NCBI GenBank assembly: GCA_030625885.1
Contig: DAOUPZ010000011.1
Location: 27,353-91,352 of the forward strand
From: Clostridia bacterium
GTDB lineage: Bacteria > Bacillota > DAOUPZ01
DNA: 64,000 nt
Reading direction: 5' to 3'
This document shows positions 38,078-50,270 of this stretch, piece by piece (positions within the stretch are counted from its first letter, which is position 1; every line of letters begins with the position of its first letter). The notes under the pieces were generated by a model. It saw only the letters and a program-made list of their open reading frames with translations, searched no databases and was not told where the DNA came from. A program made the position numbers and the translations under genes.

Positions 38078-40147
38078 ATGTCAGAAAAATCAAAAAACCT
38101 AAAAACAGATAGTATCAAATCCAGCATCGCAAGTAAATTTTCAGTGATCATGTGCATTTCAATCATTCTAGTGTTTGCCATGATTGGCACCTTTTTCTAT
38201 AACTATTCCAAGAACCTTATAACAAATGATGTGACCAATGAATTGCAATTAAAGTCTGACTCTATATCCAAAGAAATAAATGACTACTTTGAAAATGCGA
38301 TGATTGTCACCAAACAAATGGCTACGAATCAGGAGATAAAACATTATTTGCGCAACGTCAATATTAGGGCGGATATTACGTCTAATTCTTATTATGCATC
38401 TGTATTGAAAACGCTGAAAGAAATCGAACAAGAAAATGAACAAATTTACTTGTCGTGGATTGCTAATGAGAATGCTAACTTTTATATTGACCACCTAGGG
38501 AATATTTCGGGGGAAGATTATGATGTTCGGGTTCGTCCCTGGTATCAATTAGCAACGGGTGCTCAAGGGGTGGTTTTTACATCACCGTATGTTGATGTGG
38601 GGACTCAAAGTACAATTATGTCTGCGATAATGGCGATCAGGGAAAATAATGAGGTCATAGGATTTGCATCATGTGATATAAGATTAGACGCTATTCCTGG
38701 GATCATGGATCAATACCGGATTGGCGAAAATGGGAGAAATGTTTTGATCGCCAATGACGGAACCTATATTTATAATGAAGATGCAGAGAAAATCATGAAC
38801 GCCAATATTCTGGATGAAAAGCAGGAGATTCGACAAATTGGAAACGAAATGCTGAGCGGGAAAACAGGGATAGAAGAAATTGAATATAAAGATCGTGACT
38901 ATTATTTATCTTATTATCCCATACCGAGTAACCATTGGTCTGTAGGGCTTTTGACAGATAAAGAAGAGGCGTTACAAAGATTATCAAAACTGACCATCAG
39001 AATATTGTTATATTTTATTCTCGCTACAATTGGTTTGATCTTAATGGCTTATATAACCGTCAAAAAAACAATTAGTCCTTTGACCCTTGCCAGCGCCTTT
39101 GGGGAAAAGATAGCAAGTGGCGACTTTACCCAAAAAGCAGACGAAACATTCTTGCATAAAGAGGATGAGATTGGGCAGCTCGCAAGAGCGTTTAATAATA
39201 TTCAAACGAATCTATCAGAGACGATCAGGAATATCTTGCAATCTTCACAGGAATTAGCGGCATCATCAGAAGAAATGGCAGCCATAACGGAACAAACGGC
39301 AACGGCTTCTGAGGAAGTGGCCAAAACCATAGAAGAAATTTCCAAAGGCGCTACACAACAGGCAGCAGATACCGAGAATGGGTCTGAAAAAGCCACAGAA
39401 TTGGGAGAAATTATTGAAAAAGATTATCATAACATTGAAGCACTAAATCAATCATCATTGGAAATCGGTAGATTAATCAATGATGGGCTAGAGATCATCA
39501 AAGTTTTAATTGAAAAAACAAAAGAAAACAATCAGGCGACTCAAGATGTATATGAAGGCATCTTAAAAACAAATGAAAGTTCGGAGCAAATTGGGCAAGC
39601 GAGTAAGGTGATTGCTTCGATTGCGGATCAAACCAATTTATTAGCGCTCAATGCTGCGATTGAAGCGGCCAGAGCCGGCGAAGCCGGGAAAGGCTTTGCG
39701 GTTGTAGCGGAGGAGATACGTAAACTGGCGGAACAATCCACATCGTCTACCAAACAAATTGATGAAGTGGTTAAGAAATTACAGGAAAATGCACAGGATT
39801 CTGTGGAAACAATGGAAAGTGTAGCAACTACTGCGAAAAAGCAAGAAGAAAGCGTCAAAGCGACGGAAGAAAAATATCAAGAGATTGCCGGTGCCATTAA
39901 GGCAGCTGAAGCGGCAACGGAAGCATTAAACATTTCGGGTAAAGAAATGGAGAAGAAGAAAGGAGAAATTATCGGCGTTTTACAAAATTTATCCGCTATC
40001 GCGCAGCAGAATGCTGCTGGCACACAAGAAGCGTCTGCAGCTACGGAAGAACAGACGGCGTCAATTGAAGAAATTGCGAATACTTCTGATAACTTATCGC
40101 AATTGGCACAAGCACTGCAGCAGGCGGTTGCACAATTCAAGATTTAA
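38078..40147 (+). CDS. Methyl-accepting chemotaxis protein (dCache-HAMP-MCP)
   Basis: Two TMs; YDVRVRPWY...PYVD dCache motif; [40 protein letters not shown]; ATG 38078 after AAGGGGG. Confidence 0.95.
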   Translation: MSEKSKNLKTDSIKSSIASKFSVIMCISIILVFAMIGTFFYNYSKNLITNDVTNELQLKSDSISKEINDYFENAMIVTKQMATNQEIKHYLRNVNIRADITSNSYYASVLKTLKEIEQENEQIYLSWIANENANFYIDHLGNISGEDYDVRVRPWYQLATGAQGVVFTSPYVDVGTQSTIMSAIMAIRENNEVIGFASCDIRLDAIPGIMDQYRIGENGRNVLIANDGTYIYNEDAEKIMNANILDEKQEIRQIGNEMLSGKTGIEEIEYKDRDYYLSYYPIPSNHWSVGLLTDKEEALQRLSKLTIRILLYFILATIGLILMAYITVKKTISPLTLASAFGEKIASGDFTQKADETFLHKEDEIGQLARAFNNIQTNLSETIRNILQSSQELAASSEEMAAITEQTATASEEVAKTIEEISKGATQQAADTENGSEKATELGEIIEKDYHNIEALNQSSLEIGRLINDGLEIIKVLIEKTKENNQATQDVYEGILKTNESSEQIGQASKVIASIADQTNLLALNAAIEAARAGEAGKGFAVVAEEIRKLAEQSTSSTKQIDEVVKKLQENAQDSVETMESVATTAKKQEESVKATEEKYQEIAGAIKAAEAATEALNISGKEMEKKKGEIIGVLQNLSAIAQQNAAGTQEASAATEEQTASIEEIANTSDNLSQLAQALQQAVAQFKI

Positions 40148-40372
40148 ATAATAAAAGTTAGTATATAGAACGCATTAAATATTTTTCAAAGGTTATAAGA
40201 ATAATTTTTTTGTTTCCATATTAGGATAAAGGGGAAAGTTGGAAGTAAGGGAGCGATCTTTCTACTTTCCCATTTAACCTAAAATCCAAAATAGGCAGAA
40301 AGTTTATCCATCTCATTTTTTACAATAAATATTATGTCATATATCTATTGTAAGCTATATATGAAATAAAGG

Positions 40373-42754
40373 GTGTGGAACGTTATGGAAAGGGACCTAA
40401 AGGTGTGTAAGGCGTTTGAGGAGAAACTGGCGGAGAGTGAAGTCCTGTTTCGGGGGCTTTTCGATACCATGCCCAGTGGGGCGGCGGTTTATGAAGTGGT
40501 TAATGAGGGCATTTGCGGAAAAGACTACATCATCAAAGATTTTAACCGAACCAGTTTGCAAATGGAAGGCAAGAAAAAAGAAGATGTTGTGGGTAAAAGT
40601 TTATATGATTTGCGTCCTAATATCGATCAATTTGGTTTGATTGATACGTTTCGCCAAGTATGGCAGACCGGTCAACCTGCCTTTTTGCCCGGAAAGGTTT
40701 ACAGAGATGATCACTTTTGTAATTGGTATGAAAACTGGGTTTTTAAACTGCCTTCTGGGGAAATTGTTGCAATTTATAATGATGTAACGGAACGGAAACG
40801 GGCGGAAGAGAATTTAAAGAAACGATTAAAGTATGAACAATTGCTATATAAGATTTCCTCCCTTGCGGTTAATTACAAAAAGATTGATGCGTTTTTAAAT
40901 GAATGCCTTGCATTAATGGGTGAAACGTTAGAAGTGAGCCGAATTTATATTTTTGAATATCGCCAAAATACGGACATTATGGATAATACTTACGAATGGG
41001 TTGCGCCGGGTATTAGGCCGGAAAAGGAGAATCTGCAAGGGATTGATAGTGCAACTATTTTTTGGTGGACACAAATACTGAAAGGTAACAGAATCATTAA
41101 TTTTAGCGATATTGAGGAAATCACTGACAAAGGGACAAAAGAAGTATTGCGGGCACAAAATATAAAATCCATTTTGGCGGTTCCTCTTTTTATTGATAAT
41201 ATTTTTTGGGGTTTTTGGGGTTTTGATGACTGTCTGGAATATCATGAATGGCCGAAAGAAGATATTGATCTGTTGCTTTCTATTGCCAGTATTATGACTC
41301 AGGCATTTTTGCGCAAACGCGCGGAGCAATCTTTGTTTTCCGAAAAGGAACGATTAAGGGTGACGTTACATTCAATTGGCGATGGTGTGATCACCACTGA
41401 TAAAAAAGGCTGCGTCACCATGCTCAATGACGTAGCCGAACAACTCACCGGATGGACTCAAAGAGAAGCTGCAGGAAAACCCTTAATTGAAGTTTTTAAT
41501 ATCATTAATGAAAAGACACGTCTTCAATGTGAAAATCCGGTTGACAAGGTGCTTCAAACGGGTATGATTGTAGGGCTTGCCAATCATACTGCGCTAATTT
41601 CAAAGGATGGAACAGAACGGGCGATCGCGGATAGTGCGGCACCGATCAGAGATCAAAAAGGAAATGTGCTGGGTGTTATTTTGGTTTTTCGTGATGTTAC
41701 CCAAGAAAAGCAGAAAGAAGAGGAAATTATCTATTTAAGTTACCATGATTTGTTAACGGGTCTTTATAATCGTGCATTTTTTGAGAAGGAATTAGAACGA
41801 TTAGATATGGAAGCGTATCTTCCCTTATCATTAATCATGGGGGATGTCAACGGATTAAAGATAACCAATGATGTGTTTGGTCATCAAGAAGGAGACCGTC
41901 TCCTGAAGACAATAGCACGTTTGATGAAGGAATCCTGTCGGCAGGGAGACATCATTGCCAGATGGGCCGGGGATGAATTTGTTATCCTTTTACCCAATAC
42001 TTCTAATAAGGCAGCAAACGAAATATGTGAACAGATCAATCAATCATGTGTTAATAAAGAGCAGGATGGACTGCATGTCAGCATTTCTCTAGGATGTGCG
42101 ACAAAAGAACAATCATCTGAAAGCATATTGAGGGTACTTAAAAATGCTGAAGATTTCATGTATAAGCGTAAATTGTTAGAAAGCAAAAGCTTACGTAGTG
42201 CCATTGTTTCTTCTATGAGGAATACGCTGTTTGAGAAAAGCCATGAAACGGAAGAGCATGCAGAACGGTTAAGTCATTATTGTAAACAAATAGGTATGGT
42301 GATGGGCTTATCAGAGAATGAACTCAATGAACTTGAATTATTAGGTATGCTTCATGATATCGGCAAAATAGGAATAATGGATAGTATTTTAACTAAGCCG
42401 GGTCCATTAAACGATGAAGAGTGGGTGGAAATGAAAAAGCATCCTGAAATTGGTTATCGCATCGCTCAATCCGTACCACATCTATTACAAATTGCGGAAT
42501 ATATTTTATCTCATCATGAACGGTGGGATGGTAAAGGATATCCACAAGGGTTGGAAGCAGCAAACATACCGTTTTTGGCACGGATTTTGGCAGTTGTAGA
42601 TGCTTATGATGCCATGAGATCGGATCGAGTTTATCGAAAAGCTTTACCAGAAAGCAAGGCGAGAGAAGAACTGAAGAAGCATGCTGGTACACAATTTGAC
42701 CCTAGCATCGTACATGTTTTTCTTAATCAAGTACTCAAGGATAAAGAATCATAA
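40373..42754 (+). CDS. PAS-GAF-PAS-GGDEF-HD-GYP c-di-GMP metabolism protein
   Basis: HDLLTGLYNR, RQGD I-site, AGDEF; HDIGK, HHERWDGKGYP. Confidence 0.92.
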   Translation: MWNVMERDLKVCKAFEEKLAESEVLFRGLFDTMPSGAAVYEVVNEGICGKDYIIKDFNRTSLQMEGKKKEDVVGKSLYDLRPNIDQFGLIDTFRQVWQTGQPAFLPGKVYRDDHFCNWYENWVFKLPSGEIVAIYNDVTERKRAEENLKKRLKYEQLLYKISSLAVNYKKIDAFLNECLALMGETLEVSRIYIFEYRQNTDIMDNTYEWVAPGIRPEKENLQGIDSATIFWWTQILKGNRIINFSDIEEITDKGTKEVLRAQNIKSILAVPLFIDNIFWGFWGFDDCLEYHEWPKEDIDLLLSIASIMTQAFLRKRAEQSLFSEKERLRVTLHSIGDGVITTDKKGCVTMLNDVAEQLTGWTQREAAGKPLIEVFNIINEKTRLQCENPVDKVLQTGMIVGLANHTALISKDGTERAIADSAAPIRDQKGNVLGVILVFRDVTQEKQKEEEIIYLSYHDLLTGLYNRAFFEKELERLDMEAYLPLSLIMGDVNGLKITNDVFGHQEGDRLLKTIARLMKESCRQGDIIARWAGDEFVILLPNTSNKAANEICEQINQSCVNKEQDGLHVSISLGCATKEQSSESILRVLKNAEDFMYKRKLLESKSLRSAIVSSMRNTLFEKSHETEEHAERLSHYCKQIGMVMGLSENELNELELLGMLHDIGKIGIMDSILTKPGPLNDEEWVEMKKHPEIGYRIAQSVPHLLQIAEYILSHHERWDGKGYPQGLEAANIPFLARILAVVDAYDAMRSDRVYRKALPESKAREELKKHAGTQFDPSIVHVFLNQVLKDKES

Positions 42755-42775
42755 AATTTAATTTTGTCACATAAC

Positions 42776-42805
42776 AAAAAACTGCCCATAACGGGCAGTT
42801 TTTTT
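42776..42805 (+). terminator. Intrinsic terminator
   Basis: aaaaaactgccc-ataac-gggcagttttttt. Confidence 0.75.
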
Positions 42806-42888
42806 GTTATGAAAAACATCATATTGGCTAATAATACAAGAAACAGAAAGATAGTAGTAAGTGAAATAAGCGAATAGAGGGTACCGAT

Positions 42889-44469
42889 ATGTTTAAGAAC
42901 ATTAAAGATAGGATTATGAATAAAAAGAGAAATGAAAATATAAATGAAAATATAACTGAAAATATAACTGAGCATGAAGCATGGGAATTGAATCAATCTC
43001 TTGATAAGAATAAGGCATTGCTTCAAACCATTTTGGATAATGATGATATGGTTACATTTAGAGATTTTGAAACAAAGGGTAAAGCATCCCTAAAATGTTT
43101 TATTGTTTGTGTCAATGGGATGGTAAACAATGAAATGATCAATGAAAATATTATTCAACCTGTTACAAATGCCTCATTAGATGAAATTAGCAAGCAGACC
43201 AAGATAACAGATGCCTTTATTAACAAGATCATTGTATCCAACAGTATTACCAAAACTTCTGATGTGAATCAATTGGTGTGCTCCGTGTTATATGGGGATA
43301 CGATTTTATTGATTGAAAACGAAACAGAAGCTTTGATAATCGATACGAAGGGTTGGGGAATGAGGGGCATTTCTGAGCCTTTAGCTGAAAGAGTGGTTCG
43401 GGGGCCAAGAGAAGGTTTTACAGAATCTGTTATGCCTAACTTAGCCTTAATAAGGAAGAGAATATCTAATCCGGATCTGAAATTTCAATTCAAAGAAATC
43501 GGTGTTCGTACAAAGACAAAAACTTGTCTCTGCTATATCAACGGATTGGTCAATCCAAAAATACTTCAAGAATTAATGGAAAGATTGGATGATATTAACA
43601 TCGATGGTATCACGGATTCAGGTATGATAGAAGAATTAATAAAGGATGCACCCCTTTCTCCATTTGCGACAATAGGCAATACGGAAAGACCGGATGTGGT
43701 TGTCAGCAAGTTGCTAGAAGGTCGGATTGCATTGGTGTGTGACGGGACACCATTTGTTTTAACGCTGCCTTATTTATTTATTGAATACTTTCAAGCCAAT
43801 GAAGATTATTATAATAATTATATATATGGGTCTATTAACCGACTCCTTAAAGGATTTGGATTTTTCCTATCTACCAGTGTTCCTGCTGTTTATGTGGCGC
43901 TGATCACATTTCATCAAGAAATGATTCCCACCCCTCTGATTTTGAGTGTTTTTGCAGCAAGGCAAGGTATTCCTTTTCCTACTGTGGTTGAAGCGGTTAT
44001 TATGCTCATTGCGTTTGAAATACTAAGAGAAGGCGGCATTAGATTGCCAGGGCCGATTGGATCAGCTATTGGTTTTGTAGGGGCGCTTATTATCGGGCAG
44101 GCAGCAGTAGAGGCCAAGTTTGTTAGTGCACCTATGATCATTATCGTTGCATTAACCGGCATATCTAATTTTCTGGTTCCTAAAATGTTTGGTCCGCTTC
44201 TTGTTATGCGATTGCTTTTCTTAATTTCGGCTTCGTTTTTAGGGCTATTTGGTTATTTGTTTGGGGTGATTGGATTATTTATTCATTTGATGTCAATACG
44301 ATCGTTTGGTCTTCCTTATATGTTGCATACAGGGGATCTGAAAATGCAGGATATTAAAGATACAACGATTAGGGCACCCTGGTGGACGATGAAAAATCGC
44401 CCTAAATTGCTTGCGAATGAAGATTCAAATCGTCAATTCACAGGTAACTTGGGAAAGAAGGAAAGATGA
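42889..44469 (+). CDS. Spore germination receptor subunit A (GerKA-like)
   Basis: VRGPREGFTE, TERPD, LLEGRIA, EILREGGIRLP, GQAAVEA. Confidence 0.93.
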   Translation: MFKNIKDRIMNKKRNENINENITENITEHEAWELNQSLDKNKALLQTILDNDDMVTFRDFETKGKASLKCFIVCVNGMVNNEMINENIIQPVTNASLDEISKQTKITDAFINKIIVSNSITKTSDVNQLVCSVLYGDTILLIENETEALIIDTKGWGMRGISEPLAERVVRGPREGFTESVMPNLALIRKRISNPDLKFQFKEIGVRTKTKTCLCYINGLVNPKILQELMERLDDINIDGITDSGMIEELIKDAPLSPFATIGNTERPDVVVSKLLEGRIALVCDGTPFVLTLPYLFIEYFQANEDYYNNYIYGSINRLLKGFGFFLSTSVPAVYVALITFHQEMIPTPLILSVFAARQGIPFPTVVEAVIMLIAFEILREGGIRLPGPIGSAIGFVGALIIGQAAVEAKFVSAPMIIIVALTGISNFLVPKMFGPLLVMRLLFLISASFLGLFGYLFGVIGLFIHLMSIRSFGLPYMLHTGDLKMQDIKDTTIRAPWWTMKNRPKLLANEDSNRQFTGNLGKKER

Positions 44470-45635
44470 TGAAAAAGTTGTTCTTAAAGATGATAGTACT
44501 CATTCTTATAGCAGCCAATGTGTTCATGGTTTCGGGATGTTGGAATTATCGAGAAATTGATGAAATGGAGATTATTTTAGGTGCAGCCATCGATTATGAT
44601 GAGAAAAGCAATAAAGTGATTTTAACCGCAGAATATGTTAAACGATCAGGTGGCGGAGAGGGTGAAGTTGGGCCTGAAGTTGTCAAAACAGAAGGTGAAA
44701 ATGTATTTGACGCCGTCAGAAATCTCGTTATAAAAACAGGGCGAAAAGCACTTTGGAGTCATACCAAGGTGCTCATCATAAGCGAGGACGTGGCAAGAAG
44801 GAAAGAACAGCTGATATCGATCATGGATTGGGTGCAGCGGCTTACTGAAACCCGAGATGATATCTGGATACTCCTTTCCAAGGAAAAGACGGCTGGTGAA
44901 ATATTGGAGATGGGTATTGAAGCGCAAAAAATGGTTTCTATGGACCTAACGGATTTATTAAAAAATGAGGGCAGTATATCTAAATTTCATGCCGTTCCAA
45001 TATGGCAATTTATCGATCGGATTGCTGCAGATGGCATTTCGCCTACGATTCCTACGGTACACAAAACATTAACTGAGTACAAAACAATGAGTGAAATATT
45101 TGGGACAGGTGTGTTTAATAAAACAAAATTAGTGGGTTGGCTGAATGGCGCTGAAACGATGAGTTATTTATGGGTGATTGGGAAATTGAAAGGCGGTATT
45201 CTCGTTCTTCAGGGAAATGATTCTAATGAGACTGGGAAAATGTCATTGGAAATACAGAAAAATAGAACAAAAAGGAAAGTTAACTATTCCGAAGGGGAAA
45301 TAACGATGCAGTTGGACATTAAAACAACTGTGAGAATTGCTGAAATTGGCGGTGAAGTCAATTATATGGATGAATCTGCGACGGAGAAGCTGGAAAATGA
45401 TGCGGCAGAATTAATCCAAAAGCGTGTAGACGATGTGATCACAAAAGTACAACAAGCATATCATAGCGATATTTTTGGGTTTGCGGGTGTGGTTGAAAGA
45501 GAATTGCCCGATGAATGGGAAAAAATTAAGCGGGATTGGGATCAAGTTTTTACGGATTTAAAAACAGACATTAACGTAGAAGTAGAGATTAGGGAAAGTG
45601 CTTTAAAATCAAAGCCAATCAAAGTAGGTGAGTAG
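44466..45635 (+). CDS. Ger(x)C spore germination lipoprotein
   Basis: Lipobox VSGCWNYREI; SDIFGF. Confidence 0.92.
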   Translation: MMKKLFLKMIVLILIAANVFMVSGCWNYREIDEMEIILGAAIDYDEKSNKVILTAEYVKRSGGGEGEVGPEVVKTEGENVFDAVRNLVIKTGRKALWSHTKVLIISEDVARRKEQLISIMDWVQRLTETRDDIWILLSKEKTAGEILEMGIEAQKMVSMDLTDLLKNEGSISKFHAVPIWQFIDRIAADGISPTIPTVHKTLTEYKTMSEIFGTGVFNKTKLVGWLNGAETMSYLWVIGKLKGGILVLQGNDSNETGKMSLEIQKNRTKRKVNYSEGEITMQLDIKTTVRIAEIGGEVNYMDESATEKLENDAAELIQKRVDDVITKVQQAYHSDIFGFAGVVERELPDEWEKIKRDWDQVFTDLKTDINVEVEIRESALKSKPIKVGE

Positions 45636-45848
45636 ATGATGAATACGGTCGCGGTCATATTTTTATACGCCATTATTGGGAGTATTGAAACGGTATCTCT
45701 GTATAAAAATAACCCCAAAAAAGAATGTGTACTATATGAAATTGCATTATTGACGGCATTCATCATTAGTTTGCTGCTCAGTGCAGGGGTTGAATTGCCA
45801 AATCCTGCTGATTATATACGACATATGGTTGAAAGATTAGTAGGATGA
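45636..45848 (+). CDS. Small membrane protein, germinant receptor D subunit-like
   Basis: Two TMs, GVELPNPA; between the C and B subunit genes. Confidence 0.7.
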   Translation: MMNTVAVIFLYAIIGSIETVSLYKNNPKKECVLYEIALLTAFIISLLLSAGVELPNPADYIRHMVERLVG

Positions 45849-45872
45849 ATAAGATGTTTGGGGGAACAAATC

Positions 45873-46982
45873 ATGAATAAGGAAGTTATTTCTGATAAAC
45901 AAGGCATATCCATCATCATTCTATATATGGTTGGTACGTCTTCAATATTTATGACAGCACTTGAGGCTGAAAAAGATTCATGGCTGGCAATTATAATGGC
46001 GCTATTTATGGCATTGATTGTAGCGTTTATCCTGGCTCGCATTAAAACGTTATTTCCAGAGGATGATTTGTTTCAAATTATAGAAAAATGCTTTGGTAAA
46101 TTCTTGGGTAAGGGGATCATCCTATTATATACCGGGTATCTATTTTATACAGGGGTATTGGTTTTAATGAATATTACGCAATTTATTAATATTTCTTCTC
46201 TTGATGAAACACCCGAAATTATTATTAGAGTCGCACTCATGCTGTTATGTGTCTGGATCGTAAAAGAAGGAATGGAAGTATTGGGGAGATGGTCAGAATT
46301 TTTTGTGATTCCCATCATTGGTTTTATTCTCATATTTATTTGTTTGTCCATTCCCAAAATGAATATCCATCATCTTTTCCCTATTTTATCGGTGGGGATT
46401 ACGCCAATGATTCATGCGACGCACTTTGTGTTTGCATTTCCGCTGGGAGAGACGGTGATCTTTACGATCGCGATATCTCAATTAAGCGTTAAGAAATCTT
46501 ATTATAAAGTATACATGACAGGGGTACTCATTGGCGGTATCATTTTATTAGTTATTTGTTTAACGAATTTATTAGTATTAGGAATAAACATTACTTCAGG
46601 CGTATACTTTCAGACGCATTTAACGGCTTCATTAATCGATATCGGCGGTTTTTTACAGAGAATAGAAGCAGTTATGACCGTTGTATTAATATTAGCGGGA
46701 TTTATTAAATTGAGTATTTATTTATTGGCTACAAGTATGGGTGTTGCAAAGATATTTGGAAGACCCGATTATCGGTTTGTTGTAACACCGGTTGCTTTAC
46801 TGATGATCAATTTATCCGTTATTCTATTCGATAGTATCATGGAATTTATGAAATGGGATGTAGAAATATGGCCTTATTTTTCTTTACCCTTTCAAGTCAT
46901 TTTCCCTATCATTATTCTTATTATCGCAGAAGCTAAGAAGAAAAGAACAAAAAATAGTATCAGAGAACAAACCTGCCCATAG
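45873..46982 (+). CDS. Spore germination permease subunit B (GerKB-like)
   Basis: KEVISDKQ, DSWLA, ETP, FLQRIEA; multi-TM; ATG 45873. Confidence 0.92.
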   Translation: MNKEVISDKQGISIIILYMVGTSSIFMTALEAEKDSWLAIIMALFMALIVAFILARIKTLFPEDDLFQIIEKCFGKFLGKGIILLYTGYLFYTGVLVLMNITQFINISSLDETPEIIIRVALMLLCVWIVKEGMEVLGRWSEFFVIPIIGFILIFICLSIPKMNIHHLFPILSVGITPMIHATHFVFAFPLGETVIFTIAISQLSVKKSYYKVYMTGVLIGGIILLVICLTNLLVLGINITSGVYFQTHLTASLIDIGGFLQRIEAVMTVVLILAGFIKLSIYLLATSMGVAKIFGRPDYRFVVTPVALLMINLSVILFDSIMEFMKWDVEIWPYFSLPFQVIFPIIILIIAEAKKKRTKNSIREQTCP

Positions 46983-46994
46983 TGGGCAGGTTTT
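46969..46994 (+). terminator. Intrinsic terminator
   Basis: aaacctgccca-tag-tgggcaggtttt. Confidence 0.7.
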
Positions 46995-47089
46995 ATATTA
47001 TGGCAGGATTATGATGGCAATAAATAGAATAAATGAGATTAATATGAATAATGATTTAATACAATCATTTCTTGAAAGGAAGAAAATAA

Positions 47090-49069
47090 ATGAATGATAT
47101 CAATTTGTGTGAAATCGAAAACCATTTAGATTATTTACAATTATTATCTAATCAATTTCCGGCTATCCCTGCTGTATGCACGGAAATTATTAATTTGCAA
47201 GCCATTTTGAATCTGCCTAAAGAAACCGAACATTTCTTGACAGATATTCATGGAGAGTATGAATCCTTTATACATGTATTAAGAAATGCATCGGGTGTAT
47301 TGAAGATTAAAATCAATGAGATTTTTGGTGATGAATTAACGGATGATGATAAAAAGGGTTTAGCGACTTTATTATACTATCCCGAACAAAAATTAGAAAT
47401 CGTAAAAAAACAGGAAACGAATATGAGGGATTGGTATAAAGCAACTCTTTCGAGACTCATTCGACTTTGCAGGGTGGTGGCTTCAAAATATACCCGGTCA
47501 AAGGTTAGAAAAGCACTGCCGCAAGAGTTTGCTTACGTCATCGAGGAATTGCTGCATGAGAATGAAAACCGGCTAAACAAACAGGAATACTATAATCAGC
47601 TGATCAATACGATGATCGATATTGATAGAGCAGAGCAATTTATTGCGGCGATTGCTAAATTAATTCAGAGGTTGGCTGTGGATCGACTGCATATTGTTGG
47701 AGATATCTATGATCGAGGACCCGGTGCGCATATTGTTTTAGACCGGTTAATGGCCTATCATTCTGTTGATATTCAATGGGGGAACCATGATATTTTATGG
47801 ATGGGTGCAGCGGGCGGTTCCAATGCCTGTATTGCTAATGTAATTCGGATATGCACTCGATATGCGAACATGGAAACCATTGAAGAAGGCTATGGGATTA
47901 ATATGTTGCCGTTGGCGCGATTTGCTGTTGAATATTACGGAGATGATCCTTGTGTTCAATTTCAACCTAAAGTATCTGTGAATACCCATCATAGTGAGAA
48001 AGATTTAAGATTGATTGCAAAAATGCATAAGGCGATTGCAATCATCCAATTTAAGTTGGAAGGACAGCTTATTCAGGAAAATCCCCAATACCAAATGGAG
48101 AAGCGGTTGCTGTTAGATAAGATGGATTACCAAAATGGTACCATTAAGATCAATTCTAAGTCCTATCCATTGAATGATACCTATTTTCCAACCATTGATC
48201 GTGACAATCCCTATCAATTAACAGATGAGGAAGAAGAGGTGGTTGCGAAGCTGCATGCCTCGTTTATCAATAGTGAAAAATTACAAAAGCATGTTCGCTT
48301 TTTATATTCCAAAGGGAGTATGTATTTGAAATATAATTCTAACTTGTTGTATCATGCTTGTATTCCAATGAATGCGGATGGTACATTTAAAGATGTTTTT
48401 TTCGGGAACAATAGCTATCAGGGTAAAGAACTATTGGATCTATTAGATCGCTCAGCCAGAGATTTTTACTTTTATCAAGATAACTTCAATAAAGCATTAT
48501 TGGGCACAGATATTATGTGGTATTTATGGTGTGGCGAATATTCTCCTTTATTTGGCAAAGATCAGATGACGACTTTGGAACGGTATTTTATTGATGAAAA
48601 AGAAACGCATACAGAAAATAAAAATCCTTATTTTAGATTAAGAGATGATGAAACATGTTGCAACTACATATTGAATAATTTTGGATTAGATTCCCGTGTT
48701 GCCCATATTATTAATGGACACGTCCCTGTAAAAGCTAAAAAAGGAGAAAGCCCTATCAAAGCGAATGGGAAACTACTGGTCATTGATGGGGGATTTGCGA
48801 GAGCGTACCAACCGACAACGGGTATTGCTGGCTATACTTTAATATATAATTCATATGGGCTGCTTTTGGTTTCGCATGGTCCTTTTGAATCCACGGGAAA
48901 AGCGATTACAGAAGGACAAGATATTCTATCAACTATGATTGTGTTGGAGAAAGTGAATCGAAAATATATTTCCGATACGGATTTAGGGCTGAAATTGAAA
49001 GAGAAAATAAAATATTTAAAAATGTTATTGATGGCTTATCGAAAGGGCATGATAAAAGAGCAGCAATAA
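47090..49069 (+). CDS. fbp: Fructose-1,6-bisphosphatase class III
   Basis: [45 protein letters not shown]. Confidence 0.95.
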   Translation: MNDINLCEIENHLDYLQLLSNQFPAIPAVCTEIINLQAILNLPKETEHFLTDIHGEYESFIHVLRNASGVLKIKINEIFGDELTDDDKKGLATLLYYPEQKLEIVKKQETNMRDWYKATLSRLIRLCRVVASKYTRSKVRKALPQEFAYVIEELLHENENRLNKQEYYNQLINTMIDIDRAEQFIAAIAKLIQRLAVDRLHIVGDIYDRGPGAHIVLDRLMAYHSVDIQWGNHDILWMGAAGGSNACIANVIRICTRYANMETIEEGYGINMLPLARFAVEYYGDDPCVQFQPKVSVNTHHSEKDLRLIAKMHKAIAIIQFKLEGQLIQENPQYQMEKRLLLDKMDYQNGTIKINSKSYPLNDTYFPTIDRDNPYQLTDEEEEVVAKLHASFINSEKLQKHVRFLYSKGSMYLKYNSNLLYHACIPMNADGTFKDVFFGNNSYQGKELLDLLDRSARDFYFYQDNFNKALLGTDIMWYLWCGEYSPLFGKDQMTTLERYFIDEKETHTENKNPYFRLRDDETCCNYILNNFGLDSRVAHIINGHVPVKAKKGESPIKANGKLLVIDGGFARAYQPTTGIAGYTLIYNSYGLLLVSHGPFESTGKAITEGQDILSTMIVLEKVNRKYISDTDLGLKLKEKIKYLKMLLMAYRKGMIKEQQ

Positions 49070-49165
49070 TGTTTGTAGTACGAAACAAAACCTATTTTTC
49101 CCTTTTCATTATGACTTCATTAGTGTACGATACAATAAAAATAATAATGAGAGGGACAGAAAAAA

Positions 49166-50233
49166 ATGAATATCAATAAGGGTATTATTTATATAATGGT
49201 GTTTTTTATGGTGGTTGGGGCTGTTGATAAAATATTAGGGAATAAATGGGGTTATGGCAAGCAATTTGATGAAGGTTTTATGGTTATGGGGCCGTTGGCA
49301 CTGGCCATGTTGGGTATCGTATCGTTATCACCGGTGCTGGCAACCCTTTTAAGTCCTGTTTTACTTCCTGTATATGATTTACTAGGGGCTGATCCGGCGG
49401 TGTTTGCCGGAACCATTTTAGCGATTGATATGGGGGGATATTCATTAGCCATGGATCTTGCCGGGACTTTGGAGGCGGGGATGTTTTCTGGTCTTATTCT
49501 ATCAACGATGTTGGGGACGACAATCGTTTTTACAATACCTGTATCACTTGGCATCATCCCCAAAGAAGATCAGCTGTTTTTAGCTAAAGGGTTATTGGCA
49601 GGCATGGTAACCATTCCGATTGGTTGTTGGGTAGGCGGGTGGCTTGCAGGATTTGAACCTGTCATGATGATGCATAATCTTATGCCAGTCGTTATTGCAG
49701 CAGGGGTTATTGCGTTTGGACTGTGGAAAAAACCAGCGAAAATCATCAAGGGTTTTAGTGTCTTTGGACGAGCCATGGTGATCGTGAGTACGATTGGTTT
49801 AGCCGCGATTATCATTGAAACGCTGACCGGTGTTGGTGTTATACCGGGTATGGCGCCTATTTCAGAAGGGGTACAGATTGTGGGGTCAATCGTTATTATT
49901 TTGGCGGGTGCTTTTCCCATGCTTTACTTTATTAAAACAGTATTTAGGAGACCTTTGATGAAGTTGGGAAATTTACTGGGGATGAGTGATGTCGCTGCAG
50001 TAGGAATACTTTCATCTCTTGCGAATAATATTGCTATGTTTGGTATGATGAAGAATATGGATGATAAAGGAAAAGTTTTTAATGCTGCTTTTGCCGTAAG
50101 CGGCTCCTTTGTATTTGGGGGTCAGCTGGGGTTTATTGCAAGCGTGAACGAAGAAATGATCGTTCCTGTCATTGTTGGGAAGTTAGCAGGGGGAATCACA
50201 GCGATAATCGTTGCCCGCAGATTGATGGATTAA
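49166..50233 (+). CDS. eutH: EutH-family ethanolamine transporter
   Basis: DKILGNKWGYGKQFDEGF, LAIDMGGY, TIVFTIPV, AFAVSGSFVFG, VGKLAGG. Confidence 0.85.
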   Translation: MNINKGIIYIMVFFMVVGAVDKILGNKWGYGKQFDEGFMVMGPLALAMLGIVSLSPVLATLLSPVLLPVYDLLGADPAVFAGTILAIDMGGYSLAMDLAGTLEAGMFSGLILSTMLGTTIVFTIPVSLGIIPKEDQLFLAKGLLAGMVTIPIGCWVGGWLAGFEPVMMMHNLMPVVIAAGVIAFGLWKKPAKIIKGFSVFGRAMVIVSTIGLAAIIIETLTGVGVIPGMAPISEGVQIVGSIVIILAGAFPMLYFIKTVFRRPLMKLGNLLGMSDVAAVGILSSLANNIAMFGMMKNMDDKGKVFNAAFAVSGSFVFGGQLGFIASVNEEMIVPVIVGKLAGGITAIIVARRLMD

Positions 50234-50270
50234 AATTAAATGTGTAAAAAATGAGATGGAGGTATTTAGA

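Noticed and set aside
39202-40140. Antisense ORFs inside the MCP gene, and similar ones inside iscS, alaS, eutH and fhs
   Set aside because: Shadow frames of well-supported genes, with no RBS or recognisable motifs
41966-41980. AGDEF as a dead diguanylate cyclase
   Set aside because: First-position variants can be active, and the other motifs (DxLTGLYNR, D-x-N-x-LK-x2-ND-x2-GH) are intact; inactivity cannot be claimed
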